A stretch of 64,000 nucleotides of DNA, from contig OZ243913.1 in NCBI GenBank assembly GCA_965213705.1, positions 896,001 to 960,000 of the forward strand, written 5' to 3'. Positions 9,876-21,050 of this stretch are shown here, piece after piece. Every line of letters begins with the position of its first letter. The first letter of the stretch is position 1. The translations under genes were made by a program, and so were the position numbers. Source of the DNA: Trueperaceae bacterium. GTDB lineage: Bacteria; Deinococcota; Deinococci; Deinococcales; Trueperaceae. A model generated the notes under the pieces. It had not been told where the DNA came from. It saw nothing but the letters and a program-made list of their open reading frames with translations, and did no database searches.

Positions 9876-11363
9876 CTAGTCCTCGGCCCAATTTTTGGCC
9901 CGACCCAGGGCTTCGTTCCAGCGGTCGCGCAAGAGGGCTCGAGCCCCCTCACCCAGACCCGGCTCGAAGCGTTTCCCCTCACGCCACTGCTCGGAAACCT
10001 CCGCTTGACCGTCCCAAAAACCGACCGCCAGCCCCGCCAGGTAAGCCGCGCCGAGGGCGGTGGTTTCGGTAATTTTGGGCCGCACCACGCTCACGCCGAG
10101 CAGGTCGGCCTGGAACTGCAGCAACAGGTCGTTGTTCGCAGCGCCGCCGTCCACCCGGAGTTCGTCCAAGGATACGTCGCTGTCCGTTTCAATCGCGTCG
10201 ACGATGTCGGCGACCTGGTAAGCGACGCTCTCCACGGCGGCCCGCGCCAGGTGCGCGGCCGTGCTGCCCCGCGTCAGGCCCAGCACCGCGCCGCGCGCGT
10301 ACGGGTCCCAGTGGGGCGCACCCAACCCGGCAAAAGCGGGCACAAGGTAAACGCCGCCGTTGTCCGGCACGCTTCTCGCCAAGGCCTCGACTTCCCCGGA
10401 CGTTTTAATGATCCCCAAGCCGTCGCGCAGCCACTGCACCACCGCGCCCGCGACAAAGACGCTGCCCTCGAGCGCGTAGGTCAGCCCGGCGGGCGTCTGC
10501 CAAGCGACCGTGCTGAGGAGCTTGTGCTGCGAGGCCACGGCCTCGGTTCCGGTGTTCATGACCATAAACGCGCCCGTGCCGTAGGTGTTTTTGCCCTGTC
10601 CCACGGCGAAACAGGCTTGTCCGAAGGTCGCCGCCTGCTGGTCGCCCGCGACGCCCGCAATCGGCACGTTCACGCCGGGCAGACGGGTCTCACCGACAAC
10701 CTCGGACGAGGACTTGACCTCGGGCAGCAGCGCGGCGGGGATGTTCAGGACGCCCAGCAGTTCCTCGTCCCAGGCCAGGGTGTGGATGTTGTACAGCAGC
10801 GTGCGGCTGGCGTTCGTCACGTCGGTGACGTGAACTTTTCCCCCGGTGAGGTTGTAAACGAGCCAGCTGTCCACCGTGCCGAAAGCCAGTTCACCGGCCT
10901 CGGCGCGCTCCCTGGCACCGGGCACGTGCTCCAACAGCCAGTGCAGTTTGCTCCCCGAAAAGTAGGGGTCGAGGACCAGGCCGGTTTTGGCTTGAAAGGT
11001 GGGCTCGAGCCCGTCCGCCTTGAGCGTGTCTATAAAGCTCGCGGTGCGCCGGTCCTGCCAGACGATGGCGTTGTGCACGGCCTCGCCCGTGGACCGGTCC
11101 CAGAGCAGCGTCGTCTCGCGCTGGTTGGCAATTCCCAGGGCCGCGACGCTGCCCCACGGCACACCGGCTGCGGCGACGACCTCTTGCATGACCGCGCGTT
11201 GGCTGGCCCACAGTTCTTCGGGGTCGTGCTCGACCCAGCCGGGTTTGGGGTAGTGCTGGGCAAACTCTTGTTGGGCGACGCCGCGCACCGCGCCCGCGTG
11301 GTCGAACAGCAGTGCCCGCGAACTCGTGGTGCCCTGGTCGAGCGCCAATATAAACTTGTCCAC
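9876..11363 (-). CDS. glpK: Glycerol kinase
   Basis: [35 protein letters not shown]; start set at the GTG after AGGAGG. Confidence 0.95.
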   Translation of the reverse strand: MDKFILALDQGTTSSRALLFDHAGAVRGVAQQEFAQHYPKPGWVEHDPEELWASQRAVMQEVVAAAGVPWGSVAALGIANQRETTLLWDRSTGEAVHNAIVWQDRRTASFIDTLKADGLEPTFQAKTGLVLDPYFSGSKLHWLLEHVPGARERAEAGELAFGTVDSWLVYNLTGGKVHVTDVTNASRTLLYNIHTLAWDEELLGVLNIPAALLPEVKSSSEVVGETRLPGVNVPIAGVAGDQQAATFGQACFAVGQGKNTYGTGAFMVMNTGTEAVASQHKLLSTVAWQTPAGLTYALEGSVFVAGAVVQWLRDGLGIIKTSGEVEALARSVPDNGGVYLVPAFAGLGAPHWDPYARGAVLGLTRGSTAAHLARAAVESVAYQVADIVDAIETDSDVSLDELRVDGGAANNDLLLQFQADLLGVSVVRPKITETTALGAAYLAGLAVGFWDGQAEVSEQWREGKRFEPGLGEGARALLRDRWNEALGRAKNWAED

Positions 11364-11379
11364 CTTTCCTCCTGACGGG

Positions 11380-11826
11380 TTAAAAAGCAAAAGCCTCGGT
11401 AAGCCGGACGGCGGCGTAACTCCGCTCGCCTTGCAGGGTGCGCGTGCGGCGCACGTCTTCTTTAGACATGGTGCGGCTGTGGTTGCTGAGGTGACTTTCG
11501 AAACGGCGCACGCCGAACGTCTTCGCTAGGCTCTCGGTCAGCTCGCCCAGCGCCAAGCCGTGCCGGGAAAACACGCTCAAGGTGAGAATTCGGTCCTCGT
11601 TGAAAGTGTGCAGCGACAGGTGCGATTCGGGCAACAGCAAGGCGGCCGACAGCCCGGTCGGCAACACCTCGACCGTGTGAACTTCGGGCGCGGCGCGCTT
11701 GCCCGGTTCCAAGCGGGCGGCCTGCTCGAGCAAAAAAGTTTCTAAAACAGCCGTGTCGAGCAGCGCCGCCGCTTCGGCCGCAAAGCCGTCAATAATCAGG
11801 TGTGTGCCGTAGCCGAGGCTTTCCAT
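11380..11826 (-). CDS. Pyruvoyl-dependent S-adenosylmethionine decarboxylase (SpeD/SpeH) homolog
   Basis: GTHLIIDG N-terminus and ESHLSLHTF self-cleavage motif; substrate uncertain. Confidence 0.75.
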   Translation of the reverse strand: MESLGYGTHLIIDGFAAEAAALLDTAVLETFLLEQAARLEPGKRAAPEVHTVEVLPTGLSAALLLPESHLSLHTFNEDRILTLSVFSRHGLALGELTESLAKTFGVRRFESHLSNHSRTMSKEDVRRTRTLQGERSYAAVRLTEAFAF

Positions 11827-11850
11827 AAGCCTCGAGCCTACCACGGCAGA

Positions 11851-11921
11851 AAGTATCGAGTACCGAGTGAAAAGTACCGAGTGAGAGCTACTTTCCCCTC
11901 GATACTTCGGTACTCGGTACT
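11851..11921. repeat. ACCGAGT/GAAAAGT heptamer array with inverted copies
   Basis: ATCGAGT ACCGAGT GAAAAGT ACCGAGT ... TCGGT ACTCGGT ACT. Confidence 0.8.
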
Positions 11922-13253
11922 CTAGCCCTTCACCCCGCCCGCCGTGTACTGGCCCGTCAGCGCGCCCTGGAAAGCGTAAAAGATGAACAAAATCGGCAAA
12001 CTGCCTAACACCGCGCTCGCGGCCAACGCCCCCCACTGCGTGGCGAACTGCCCGCTCGTGAAACTTCGCAAACCGATACCGACCGTCCACATGTCGTCGC
12101 CGGTGAGCAGGATGTTGGCGAGGATAAACTCGCTATAGGTGCCGATAAACTGTAGCAAAAAGATGAACAGCAGCATCGGCACGCTGATGGGCAAAATCAC
12201 CCGCCAGAACGCGCCCCAGCGGGTCGCCCCGTCGACCATCGCGGCTTCTTCCAAGCTCGGACTGATGGACTCCAGGTAGCCCTTGAAAATCCAGGCCGCG
12301 AACGAAATCGCCCCGCCCGAATAAGCCAAAATCAGGCCCGTAAAGGTGTTGAGCAGCCCAAGGTAGTTCATGAGGTAAAAAATCGCCACCAGCGCCATAA
12401 AACCCGGAAACATCTGCACGAAGATAAACGTCAGCAGGGTGCCGTAGCGCCCGTCGAACTTCATGCGCGCAAACGCGTAGCCCGCCGTCGTGCTGATGAG
12501 GACGGCAAAAATACCCGTGATGCCCGAGACCAACAGGGTGTTGCGGATAAACAAAATCACCTTGCGGTCGCTTGCCGAGGCGACGCGCTCGCCGGCCTCG
12601 GTGAGCCGGTAAAACTGGTCCGGCCCGACGCTCACTATCAGCGCGGCGGCCGCCGCGAACAGCGTCCAGCCGAAAATAGCGCGCAGGCGTTCAAAGCGGT
12701 ACGGGTTTTCCCCGTAGCGGCCCAGCAAGCTCACCACCGCCACGCCGAGCACCGCCAAGACGAGCACCCCCACAAACAGCCACTGGAGCGTGTTGAGGTG
12801 CGTCTCTCCCGTCACTTTGGCGTACTGGACGAGCGAAAAGTTGGTGGGGTCGGGCAACAGCCCGGCGCGCACCAGCAAGTTGCCTTCGGCGGGCGGCGGG
12901 CTGTTTAAGTTGTTCGAGCGGTTGAGCGACACCGCGACTAAGTTGATGACCGGGTAGAGCGTCAGCAAAATGACTACCCAGATAAACAGGTGCGTCGCCG
13001 CGGCGAGCGCGTACTGCCCCGCCTTGGCGGGCCGGGTCGCGCGGCCGTACAAGTAGACCGCCAACGCCAAGCCCCCGGCGACGAGGACGAAGCCAATCAA
13101 AAACTTCAGCCAGCCGTAGGGCACCACCAAAAACAGCCCGCGCCGCTCTTGGGCAAAAGCCAGCGAAGCGAAACTCAGCAGCAAAACCGACACCGAAGTG
13201 CCGACCAAACCGGCTCCTCGCCCCTTACTTCTCGTTCCTCGCTTCTCGCTCAT
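11922..13253 (-). CDS. Carbohydrate ABC permease (MalG-like)
   Basis: AGYAFAR..F.GR, QMFPG, SLEEAAMVDGA EAA loop. Confidence 0.9.
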   Translation of the reverse strand: MSEKRGTRSKGRGAGLVGTSVSVLLLSFASLAFAQERRGLFLVVPYGWLKFLIGFVLVAGGLALAVYLYGRATRPAKAGQYALAAATHLFIWVVILLTLYPVINLVAVSLNRSNNLNSPPPAEGNLLVRAGLLPDPTNFSLVQYAKVTGETHLNTLQWLFVGVLVLAVLGVAVVSLLGRYGENPYRFERLRAIFGWTLFAAAAALIVSVGPDQFYRLTEAGERVASASDRKVILFIRNTLLVSGITGIFAVLISTTAGYAFARMKFDGRYGTLLTFIFVQMFPGFMALVAIFYLMNYLGLLNTFTGLILAYSGGAISFAAWIFKGYLESISPSLEEAAMVDGATRWGAFWRVILPISVPMLLFIFLLQFIGTYSEFILANILLTGDDMWTVGIGLRSFTSGQFATQWGALAASAVLGSLPILFIFYAFQGALTGQYTAGGVKG

Positions 13254-14866
13254 CGTCCCGGCTCCTCTTTGAGCGCGCCGGTCACTCGGAAGTTGATAAG
13301 CGAGACGGCGATGGTAATAAAAAATATCAGGATGGCGATGGCCGAGCCCAAACCGTAGGCGTAGCCGCCCTGCGACCGGAACGCCTCGTTGTAAGCCCAG
13401 CTGATGAGGATGTCGGTCGAGCGGGCGGTGGCGGGCCGTCCCGCCGCCGCCGGGCCGCCGTCGGTGAGGAGGTAGATGAGGTTGAAGTTGTTGAAGTTGA
13501 AAGCGAAGCCGGTCAGGGTAATCGGCACGAGCGCGGTCAAGAGCAGCGGCGCGGTAACGCCCCAGAACGACCGCCAGGCGTTGGCCCCATCAATTTTGGC
13601 CGCTTCGTAGAGTTCGCCGGGAATGGCTGAGAGTGCGCCCAGGGTCGCCGTCATCATAAACGGCAAGCCCAACCACAAGTTGACCAGCAAAATCGCGCCC
13701 TTGGCGGCCGTGGGGTTGCCGAGCCAGTCGTAGGTCGGCAGGTCGAGGAGCGCCAAGAGGCGGTTGATGGCCCCGAAGTTGGTGTTTAGGAAGCCTTTCC
13801 ATACCTGGATGGTGATGACGCTCGGCAGCGCCCAGGGGACAATCAGCAGGGTGCGGTAGATGCCGCGGAAGCGCAAACTCGGGTTGTTTAAGAGCACCGC
13901 CATAAACACGCCCGCCACGCTGTTGATGACAATGGTGAGCACCGCGAAGATGATGTTCCATATGAACACAGGGACGAGCGCGGTGTTCGCTTGGGCGAAA
14001 ATACGCCGAAAGTTTTGGAAACCGACCGCGCCGAAGTCGTTGTAGCGGGCTATTGTTTCGTACTCGAGCCCCTCGGGCAACGCCTCGTTCAGGGTGACCG
14101 CGTCGCCCTCGAGACTCACCATCGTGCGCTCTATCGGCACCCGGTTGAGCGTCAGGCGCAGGTTGCTCAGGTCGACGTCGGCCGGGGCGGCGTTGGCGAG
14201 GATGGGCGGCACGTTTTGCAGGGTCAACGTGTCGCCCTCGGCGGCCGCGACGCTGACCTGGACCGGAAAACCCTGCGCGGCGATTTCGACCGCCGTCACG
14301 TCGCGGCCTTCGGGCAGGGGTTCGTTCAAGGTGAGGGTGTCGCCGTCTAAACTCGCCCCTACCGCGGTGAGGGTGCCCGAGGCGTAAACCACCGCCCGGA
14401 CGCCGTCGCAGCCGTTGCGCAGCACCCGGCAGTTGAGGGTGGCGGCGTTTTGCAGCGTCAGCGTGGCACCGTCGACCGCCGTCAGGGCGGTCGTGCTGCT
14501 GACGTTGAGTTCGCCGTTGCGCGTTCCCGCGTAGTCGCTGAAGGCGAGGACGACGGTCAAGACGACCGGGAAAATAGTAAAGGTAATCAAAAATAGCAGC
14601 GCGGGCAGCAAATAGTACCAGGGCATAATCCACTCGAACCGTCGGGCGATAACTTGCAGCACCACGACGAGCGCGACCGCGGCGATGACCACCGCGTAAA
14701 AGGGGGGTGCGTCCGGTAAGGCCAGCCGCAACCCCAAAAAGCCGGCGACACCCACCCCGCTCGCAACGAGGACGGCCAGGAACAGCAAGCCGAGCGAGGC
14801 GAGTAAACCGCCCCGTCCGCCCCGCTTTCTCGGCATGAAGTCACTTACCGGTTGCGACAGGTCCAC
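13250..14866 (-). CDS. Carbohydrate ABC permease (MalF-like) with a large extracytoplasmic insert
   Basis: VGFQNF, YRTLLIVPWALP, LYEAAKIDGA, FAFNFNNF, TDILIS; start uncertain (GTG after GAGGTGG chosen). Confidence 0.9.
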   Translation of the reverse strand: MDLSQPVSDFMPRKRGGRGGLLASLGLLFLAVLVASGVGVAGFLGLRLALPDAPPFYAVVIAAVALVVVLQVIARRFEWIMPWYYLLPALLFLITFTIFPVVLTVVLAFSDYAGTRNGELNVSSTTALTAVDGATLTLQNAATLNCRVLRNGCDGVRAVVYASGTLTAVGASLDGDTLTLNEPLPEGRDVTAVEIAAQGFPVQVSVAAAEGDTLTLQNVPPILANAAPADVDLSNLRLTLNRVPIERTMVSLEGDAVTLNEALPEGLEYETIARYNDFGAVGFQNFRRIFAQANTALVPVFIWNIIFAVLTIVINSVAGVFMAVLLNNPSLRFRGIYRTLLIVPWALPSVITIQVWKGFLNTNFGAINRLLALLDLPTYDWLGNPTAAKGAILLVNLWLGLPFMMTATLGALSAIPGELYEAAKIDGANAWRSFWGVTAPLLLTALVPITLTGFAFNFNNFNLIYLLTDGGPAAAGRPATARSTDILISWAYNEAFRSQGGYAYGLGSAIAILIFFITIAVSLINFRVTGALKEEPGR

Positions 14867-14917
14867 ATCCCACCTCTTTCCATGATTTTGCCCTGGGTTG
14901 TTTCGGCCCCTAAACCG

Positions 14918-14946
14918 TCGAGCCAAGGATAAAGTCCTTGGCTCGA
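14918..14946. other. Intercistronic hairpin after the malE-like gene
   Basis: TCGAGCCAAGGA-TAAAG-TCCTTGGCTCGA. Confidence 0.55.
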
Positions 14947-14965
14947 GCTGTTCAGCTTGTTAAAG

Positions 14966-16156
14966 CTAGTTGCCTTCGATTTGGTTGACGGCGTTGTCGA
15001 GAATCTGCTGCACGTCCGAGTCTTGGCTTTCTAAAGCCAGGGTGAGCGCGTCACCCATCGGGCCCCAGACGTTGCCCATCGCCGGGATGTTGGGCATCGG
15101 CACGGCGTCGGTCAAGGCCTCGGCAAAACCGGCCAAGACCGGGTCGTCGGAAACCTGCTCGGCGGCGCTCTGCGAAGAAGGAATGCGCCCGCTGAGTTGG
15201 GCCAAGCTGACCTGCGCGTCGCCGCGCGTTATCCACTTGGCAAAGTTGGCGGCGGTCGTCTTGTTGGTGGAGAACTCGTTCATGAGTACGCCCTGCACGC
15301 CCATAAAGCCGCCGAACTCGACGCCTGATTCGGTCGGCGGAACCGGCAGAACTTCCAGAGGAATACCCGCGGCGCGGCTGTTGGCAATCGACCAAGGGCC
15401 GTTGTAAATCATGCCGAGCGAGCCGGTGTTGAACAAGCCCTCGGCCACGGCCGTGTCGGTGCCCGACGGGATAAGGCCGTAGTCGTACTGGAACTTTTTG
15501 ACTTCTTGAACGCCCTGCACCGCGCCTTCGCTGTTCAGGCCGACGTCGTCCGGGTTGAGGTCGCCCCCGTCCCCACGCCCGAACACGTAGCCGCCGAACG
15601 AGTTTATCCAGTTGTACGAAAAGTAAAAGTTTTTGTCGTCGTACAAAAATCCAAAGGTGTCGTCGGTGGTCAAGTCTTGCGCCTTTTGAATCATCTCTTC
15701 GTAGGTCGCGGGCGCTTCGGGGACGAGGTCGGTGTTGATGATGAGGGCGGGACCCTCGACGTACAGGGGCAGGCCGAAGAGCTTGCCGTTGAAGGTAAAC
15801 GCCAGCCGCGCCTGTTCGGAGAGGTCGGTGAGGTAGTCTTGGGTCGCGTACTGGCTCATGTCGGCGAGCACGCCGCCCTGGGCCATTTCACCCAGTTGGT
15901 CGTGAGGAATAGTAACGACGAGGTCGGCCGCCTCGCCCTCGGGCGCGGACAGCAGCATTTTTTGCTTGATTTCACCGAGGTCGATGCGGGTCAGGGCGAC
16001 CGGCACGCCAAAAGCGGCCTCGAAGCTGTCGGCCTGACTCTGCAGCCATTCTAAGTCGGTATCGCCGTAGTGCGTCCAGACGGTCAAGCCTTGTTGGGCA
16101 AAGGCCGCACCGAACAGGGCGAACACAGCGGTAAGGGTTAGCAAAACTTTTTTCAA
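14966..16156 (-). CDS. Maltose/maltodextrin-type ABC substrate-binding protein (MalE-like)
   Basis: Signal peptide, PHDQLG, YNGPW, PMPNIPAMGNVW; TTG start with AAGGAG RBS. Confidence 0.9.
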   Translation of the reverse strand: MKKVLLTLTAVFALFGAAFAQQGLTVWTHYGDTDLEWLQSQADSFEAAFGVPVALTRIDLGEIKQKMLLSAPEGEAADLVVTIPHDQLGEMAQGGVLADMSQYATQDYLTDLSEQARLAFTFNGKLFGLPLYVEGPALIINTDLVPEAPATYEEMIQKAQDLTTDDTFGFLYDDKNFYFSYNWINSFGGYVFGRGDGGDLNPDDVGLNSEGAVQGVQEVKKFQYDYGLIPSGTDTAVAEGLFNTGSLGMIYNGPWSIANSRAAGIPLEVLPVPPTESGVEFGGFMGVQGVLMNEFSTNKTTAANFAKWITRGDAQVSLAQLSGRIPSSQSAAEQVSDDPVLAGFAEALTDAVPMPNIPAMGNVWGPMGDALTLALESQDSDVQQILDNAVNQIEGN

Positions 16157-16501
16157 AACTGCTCCTTTCGAATAGGCAATTCAGACCGGAGGGTGTGACG
16201 CGCACGCTTTGCGACCACGGTTCAACGTGACGCGGTCACGCGGCGCACAGTTCAGCCTCTGGCACGATTTGCTGCCGTAAGTTTACCCCGCAGCGACAAG
16301 ACTGTCTAGCGGTCAGGGTTTCAATCGGCCCTGCGCGTGGACGGCCCGAGAACCTCCGCCGAACACGGTTCGAAAGCGACCCGTGGAGGCTGAAAATTGA
16401 GTTCGGGCCCTTTTTGACTCAGTCTTTTTGACCCGCGTCTTTCTGACTCGGTACTTTCCACTCGGTCCTCGGTACTTTTTGGTCTTAGAGGCGTGTTGGT
16501 C

Positions 16502-17593
16502 TTAAAGGCCTGTGTAACGCCCGCCGGGCAACACCTTGACCTGGCCTTTGAGTTCCAACATCGTCAGCAGCGGCAGCAGCTCGGCGGCGCTCTTGCCCGC
16601 CGCCGCAACGAGGTCGTCCAGAAGCGGGTTGCCGAGGCGCTGAATCGTCTCGAGCAGCGCCGCTTCTTGCGGGGGTAAGTCCGGCGGGGTGGGTGCCGGG
16701 TGTCGGCTAGAGCCTGCGTCCCAACCCAGTTCGTTCAAAACGTCGTCCACGTCCTGCACGAGCACCGCACCTTGCTTGAGCAGCGATAGCGTGCCGCTAG
16801 AGCGCGGGTCGCCCACGCGCCCCGGCACCGCGAAAACCGTGCGCCCTTCTTCCGAAGCGTAGTCCGCGGTGATGAGCGCGCCCGATTTAGCCCCGGCCTC
16901 GACGACCACGACGCCGCTTGCGAGCCCGTTGATAATCCGGTTGCGGCCCGGAAAGTTGCTCGAGCGCGGCCCGGTCCCGAGCGGGTACTCGCTGACAAGC
17001 GCGCCGCGCCCCGAGAAAATGGTTTTCGCCAAGTCCTGGTTTTGCCGCGGATACACGACGTCCACCCCCGAGCCGAGCACCGCCACGGTCAGCCCGCCGG
17101 GCGCGCTGAGTGCGCCCCGGTGGGCCGCCGTGTCGACGCCGAGCGCCAAGCCCGACACTATCACCACGCCCGCCCCGGCTAAGTCGCGAGCCAGCTGTTC
17201 GGTCAGGCGCAGTGCGTACTCGGACGCGTCGCGCGTGCCCACCATACCGACGGCTTTGGGCTGGGTAGGCAGTTCCCCGCGGACGTACAACACGGACGGT
17301 GGGTCGTAGACGGCTTTCAAACTTTCTGGGTAGCGCGGGTCTTCTAAATGCACGAGCGCCACGTTTAAGCGTTCGGCCCTCAAGACTTCCCGTTCGGGCC
17401 AGTCGCTCTCTTTTGCGCTCAGCACCGCTCGAGCCAGGCTCGGGCCGACTTTTTCGACGGCGAGCAGTTCGTCCTGGGCAGCTTCCAACACCGCCGCCGC
17501 ACTCCCGAAATGCTCGACCAGGAGTTTGATTTTGCGCGGCCCCAACCCCTTGGCGTGGCTGAGGCTGAGGTAAGCGAGGGTGGCGTCGGTCAC
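16502..17593 (-). CDS. dprA: DNA-processing protein DprA
   Basis: VGTR, VSGLALGVDTAAH, FPGRNRII, VVVEAG.KSGALITA, C-terminal LELKG. Confidence 0.95.
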   Translation of the reverse strand: MTDATLAYLSLSHAKGLGPRKIKLLVEHFGSAAAVLEAAQDELLAVEKVGPSLARAVLSAKESDWPEREVLRAERLNVALVHLEDPRYPESLKAVYDPPSVLYVRGELPTQPKAVGMVGTRDASEYALRLTEQLARDLAGAGVVIVSGLALGVDTAAHRGALSAPGGLTVAVLGSGVDVVYPRQNQDLAKTIFSGRGALVSEYPLGTGPRSSNFPGRNRIINGLASGVVVVEAGAKSGALITADYASEEGRTVFAVPGRVGDPRSSGTLSLLKQGAVLVQDVDDVLNELGWDAGSSRHPAPTPPDLPPQEAALLETIQRLGNPLLDDLVAAAGKSAAELLPLLTMLELKGQVKVLPGGRYTGL

Positions 17594-17733
17594 GGCGGTT
17601 AGCCTAGCAGGTTTGCTCACGCGGCGCGGGCATAGGGGAGAGAACCGAGTGAAAAGTGAAAAGAGGGTCATTGGTCATTCGTTTTTGGTTACTCGTAAAA
17701 ATTAAAAACGAACGACGAAAAACGTTTCAATCT

Positions 17734-19158
17734 TCAGCCAATCTTCCAGCGGCTCCCCTCCGCCGTGTCCTCGACCTCGACACCGAGTTCGGCCAACCGG
17801 TCGCGAATCGCGTCGGAGGTAGCGAAGTCCCGCCGCGTTCTGGCCGCCTGGCGCTGGGCCAGGACGAGCTCGAGCACGCCGGAAAGCGTTTCTAGACTCG
17901 CTTCTTTGGCCGCGTCTTGCGTTTCACCGAGCACGCCCAACACCGCGCCCAGCGTCTCTTCAAAAAAAGCTTTTGCCGCACTTAAGTAAGCCTGGGACGG
18001 ATTTTTCGCCAGCTCGGTGTTGACCCCGCGCGCGGTGTCGAATAGGGCCGCGACCGCCTGGGGCGTGTTGAGGTCGTCGTTCATGGCGGCGGCAAAAGCG
18101 GCTCGAGCTTTTTCAAACGCCGTTTCGTCGTTACCGTCTGCACGCCGGCTGACCTCGCGGTAGGTCTCAAGCAGGCGCTTCAACCCCTGCGAGGACGCGA
18201 GCAAACTCTCCTCGCTGAAGTCGAGCACGCTGCGGTAGTGGCTGCGGAGGAGGTGAAAGCGCACCGTCAGCGGGTCGTTTGTCTCGAACAGCTCGCTCAG
18301 CGTGACGAAGTGCTGTTTGGACTTCGACATCTTCTCGCCGCCCAACGTAATCATGTTGAAGTGCAGCCAATAGCGCGCGAACGCCTTGCCCGCGCCGTGC
18401 GCCTGGGCCAACTCGCACTCGTGGTGCGGGAACAGCAGGTCCAGCCCGCCGCCGTGGATGTCGAACTCGTCGCCCAAGTACTTTGTACTCATTACCGAGC
18501 ATTCGATGTGCCAGCCCGGATAGCCCTCGCCCCACGGGGACGGCCAGCGCATGATGTGTCCCTCGTCGGCGCGTTTCCACAGCGCGAAGTCGCGCGGGTC
18601 GTCCTTGTCGCCGCGCACCGCGACGCGTGTGCCCTCGACGAGGTCGTCCGGGTTGCGCCCGGAGAGTACCCCGTACTCGGCCCAGGCCGACACGTCGAAG
18701 TAAACGTTGCCGTCCGAGACGTAAGCGAGACCGTTGTCGAGCAGGGTTTGGGTCATCGTAAGCTGCTCGGTGATGTGCCCCGAAGCTCGCGGCGTCACGT
18801 CGGGACGGCGCACCCCCAGTTCGGCGAGCGCGTCGAAGTAAGCCCAAAAGTATTTCTCGGCAATTTCCATCGGCTCGAGCTGTTCGAGCTTGGCTCGTTT
18901 GGCGAGCTTGTCCTCGCCTGTATCAGCGTCGTCGACCAAGTGCCCCACGTCGGTGATGTTCGAGACGAGGCGCACCCTGTAACCTTCGTGCTCCAACCAG
19001 CGCTTCAGGGTGTCGAACACGACGGGGCCGCGCGCGTGGCCCAGGTGTGGCTCGGAGTACACCGTCGGGCCACAAAAATAGATGCCCACCCGCCCCGGTA
19101 TAAGGGGTTCGAACAACTGTTTTTCGCGCGTCAGCGTGTTGTAGAGGTGTAACGACAT
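17734..19158 (-). CDS. cysS: Cysteine--tRNA ligase
   Basis: [36 protein letters not shown]. Confidence 0.97.
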   Translation of the reverse strand: MSLHLYNTLTREKQLFEPLIPGRVGIYFCGPTVYSEPHLGHARGPVVFDTLKRWLEHEGYRVRLVSNITDVGHLVDDADTGEDKLAKRAKLEQLEPMEIAEKYFWAYFDALAELGVRRPDVTPRASGHITEQLTMTQTLLDNGLAYVSDGNVYFDVSAWAEYGVLSGRNPDDLVEGTRVAVRGDKDDPRDFALWKRADEGHIMRWPSPWGEGYPGWHIECSVMSTKYLGDEFDIHGGGLDLLFPHHECELAQAHGAGKAFARYWLHFNMITLGGEKMSKSKQHFVTLSELFETNDPLTVRFHLLRSHYRSVLDFSEESLLASSQGLKRLLETYREVSRRADGNDETAFEKARAAFAAAMNDDLNTPQAVAALFDTARGVNTELAKNPSQAYLSAAKAFFEETLGAVLGVLGETQDAAKEASLETLSGVLELVLAQRQAARTRRDFATSDAIRDRLAELGVEVEDTAEGSRWKIG

Positions 19159-19313
19159 GGCAAGCTCCTCGGCAAAGCGTACTCTAAAGTTCGGGTTGTA
19201 AAGGTTGGAGGTGACCGGTCTACGTTAAGCCCGACATCGCTTCAGGTTGGCTTGGAGAGGCGTGGTCACGCGCCAAGTGTAGCACGCGGAAGTTCGGGGC
19301 GAAGCGGTCGTTC

Positions 19314-19418
19314 CAACAGTACCGAGTACCGAGTGGACAGTACCGAGTACCGAGTGAACAGTACCGAGTGAGCAATACCGAGTCAAAGCCACTTTCGACG
19401 CTGGACTCGGTACTGTTC
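19314..19418. repeat. Heptamer tandem array (~10 units) plus a downstream inverted copy
   Basis: CAACAGT ACCGAGT ACCGAGT GGACAGT ACCGAGT ACCGAGT GAACAGT ACCGAGT GAGCAAT ACCGAGT ... ACTCGGT ACTGTTC. Confidence 0.9.
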
Positions 19419-19521
19419 AAACCCTTGCAAACGCGCCACCGAAATTCGACACCGTGCCCACCCGCTCGGCGTGACAGGTAAGTTAACAAAGGTCGACTCA
19501 GATTATGTATACTGTAGTCTA

Positions 19522-20490
19522 GTGGCAAACGTTTTACGCAACCCTTACGAGGTGCTTGGCATTGAGCGCAGCGCGTCCGCCGACGAGATTAAGGCGGCCT
19601 ACCGGCGCTTGGCGCTGCAAAACCACCCCGACCGCAACCCCGGCGACAGAGCGGCCGAGGAGCGCTTCAAGGAGATTTCCGAGGCCTACGCGACGCTCCG
19701 CGACCCCGAAGCGCGCGAGACCTTCGACCGGTACGGCTCCCGCGGCTCCAGTGCGGGCCGCCCCGACTTCAGCACCGTCGACTGGCAAACCGTGTTTCAA
19801 GAAGCCGACATCAACATCAACTGGGATGTTCGGGGCGGCACCCCGCAGACCGGCAACGTGATGTTCGACGTGCTGTTCGGCTACATGACCGGCATGATGC
19901 GCTCCAACGGCCTGCTGCCCGGCGAGGACCGTACTGCAAGGCTCGAGCTGCCCCTGGACTTTGCCAGGACGGGCGGTGTGCGCCGCGTGCGTGTTCCGGG
20001 ACCGAGCGTGTGCGCCACGTGCCGCGGCAGCGGTTTTGTGGACGGCCAAACGTGCCCCGTGTGCGGCGGTCAGGGCGTCCTGCGCGGCGGCGCGAACGTC
20101 GACGTGACTGTGCCCAAAGGCGTGCGTGACGGGGTCAAGTTGCGCCTGAAGGGTTTGGGCGGACCGGGCGGCCCGCCGGGCGACGCGCTCGTCACCGTGC
20201 ACCTGCGGGTACCGAACAACGTGCGTTTGGCCGGTCAAGACCTCCACGTGGACTTGCCGCTGACCCCGCTGGAAGCCTTGCGCGGCCGCACCGTAAAGGT
20301 CTTCGGCTCGGCTGTGAAGCTGCCGGCGGGGGCCAAAGACGGTACAGAGTTGCGCGTTCCGCAAGGCGGTTTGGCCGGGGGCGACCTTGTGGTGACCGTG
20401 TCGCTCGACGTGTGGCGAGGCTTGTGGCGCAACGTGCAGGACTGGTGGACGACCCTGACAAGTAGCGAAGCGCAACCGCAACAGCCTTAA
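19522..20490 (+). CDS. dnaJ: DnaJ-family co-chaperone
   Basis: J domain with HPD, two CxxCxGxG repeats, DnaJ C-terminal domain; GTG start just after TATACT. Confidence 0.85.
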   Translation: MANVLRNPYEVLGIERSASADEIKAAYRRLALQNHPDRNPGDRAAEERFKEISEAYATLRDPEARETFDRYGSRGSSAGRPDFSTVDWQTVFQEADININWDVRGGTPQTGNVMFDVLFGYMTGMMRSNGLLPGEDRTARLELPLDFARTGGVRRVRVPGPSVCATCRGSGFVDGQTCPVCGGQGVLRGGANVDVTVPKGVRDGVKLRLKGLGGPGGPPGDALVTVHLRVPNNVRLAGQDLHVDLPLTPLEALRGRTVKVFGSAVKLPAGAKDGTELRVPQGGLAGGDLVVTVSLDVWRGLWRNVQDWWTTLTSSEAQPQQP

Positions 20491-20499
20491 AGGAGAGCG

Positions 20500-20922
20500 A
20501 TGCCGAACGAAACAAAAGACAAACAAACGGCGACCGGCGAAAAAGACCGACCTCTTTACGTTATCAGCGTGGCGGCCGAACTCGTCGACATGCACCCGCA
20601 GACCTTGCGGCTTTACGAACGCAAAGGTCTTATCGAGCCGAGCCGCAGCGCGGGCAAGACGCGGCTTTATTCACAACGCGATATCGAACACCTTCAAGAG
20701 ATTCGCCGCCTCACCCAGGAGTTGGGCGTAAACTTGGCGGGGGTCGAAGAGATTATTCGCTTGCGCCGCAAACTCGACACCTTGCAGGGCAACATGGAAC
20801 GCAACATAGAAGGCTTGCAGCGGCGGCTCGAGCGCAGTATGACGTCCTACCGCGGCGCGTTGGAAGCGCCCGACGACCCCGGTGACAGTCCCGGTGACAG
20901 TGACGAATCGTCCGTTGACTGA
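20500..20922 (+). CDS. hspR: Heat-shock repressor HspR (MerR family)
   Basis: [25 protein letters not shown]...GVNLAGV; directly after dnaJ. Confidence 0.9.
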   Translation: MPNETKDKQTATGEKDRPLYVISVAAELVDMHPQTLRLYERKGLIEPSRSAGKTRLYSQRDIEHLQEIRRLTQELGVNLAGVEEIIRLRRKLDTLQGNMERNIEGLQRRLERSMTSYRGALEAPDDPGDSPGDSDESSVD

Positions 20923-20954
20923 CCCCCGAAGGACGTGCTAGCCTCTTTAAGCTC

Positions 20955-21029
<75 letters not shown>

Positions 21030-21050
21030 AAAGAAACAGCGTTCACCACG

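Noticed and set aside
10005..11375. Long antisense or alternative-frame ORFs (also 19534-20595, 54600-55766, 58213-59415 and others)
   Set aside because: Shadow ORFs of well-supported genes, expected in high-GC DNA
19314..19418. CRISPR array
   Set aside because: Period is 7/21 bp with no unique spacers, and there are no cas genes in the window
19480..19520. HAIR operator for HspR
   Set aside because: Only a partial ACTCAG half-site; no full CTTGAGT-N7-ACTCAAG
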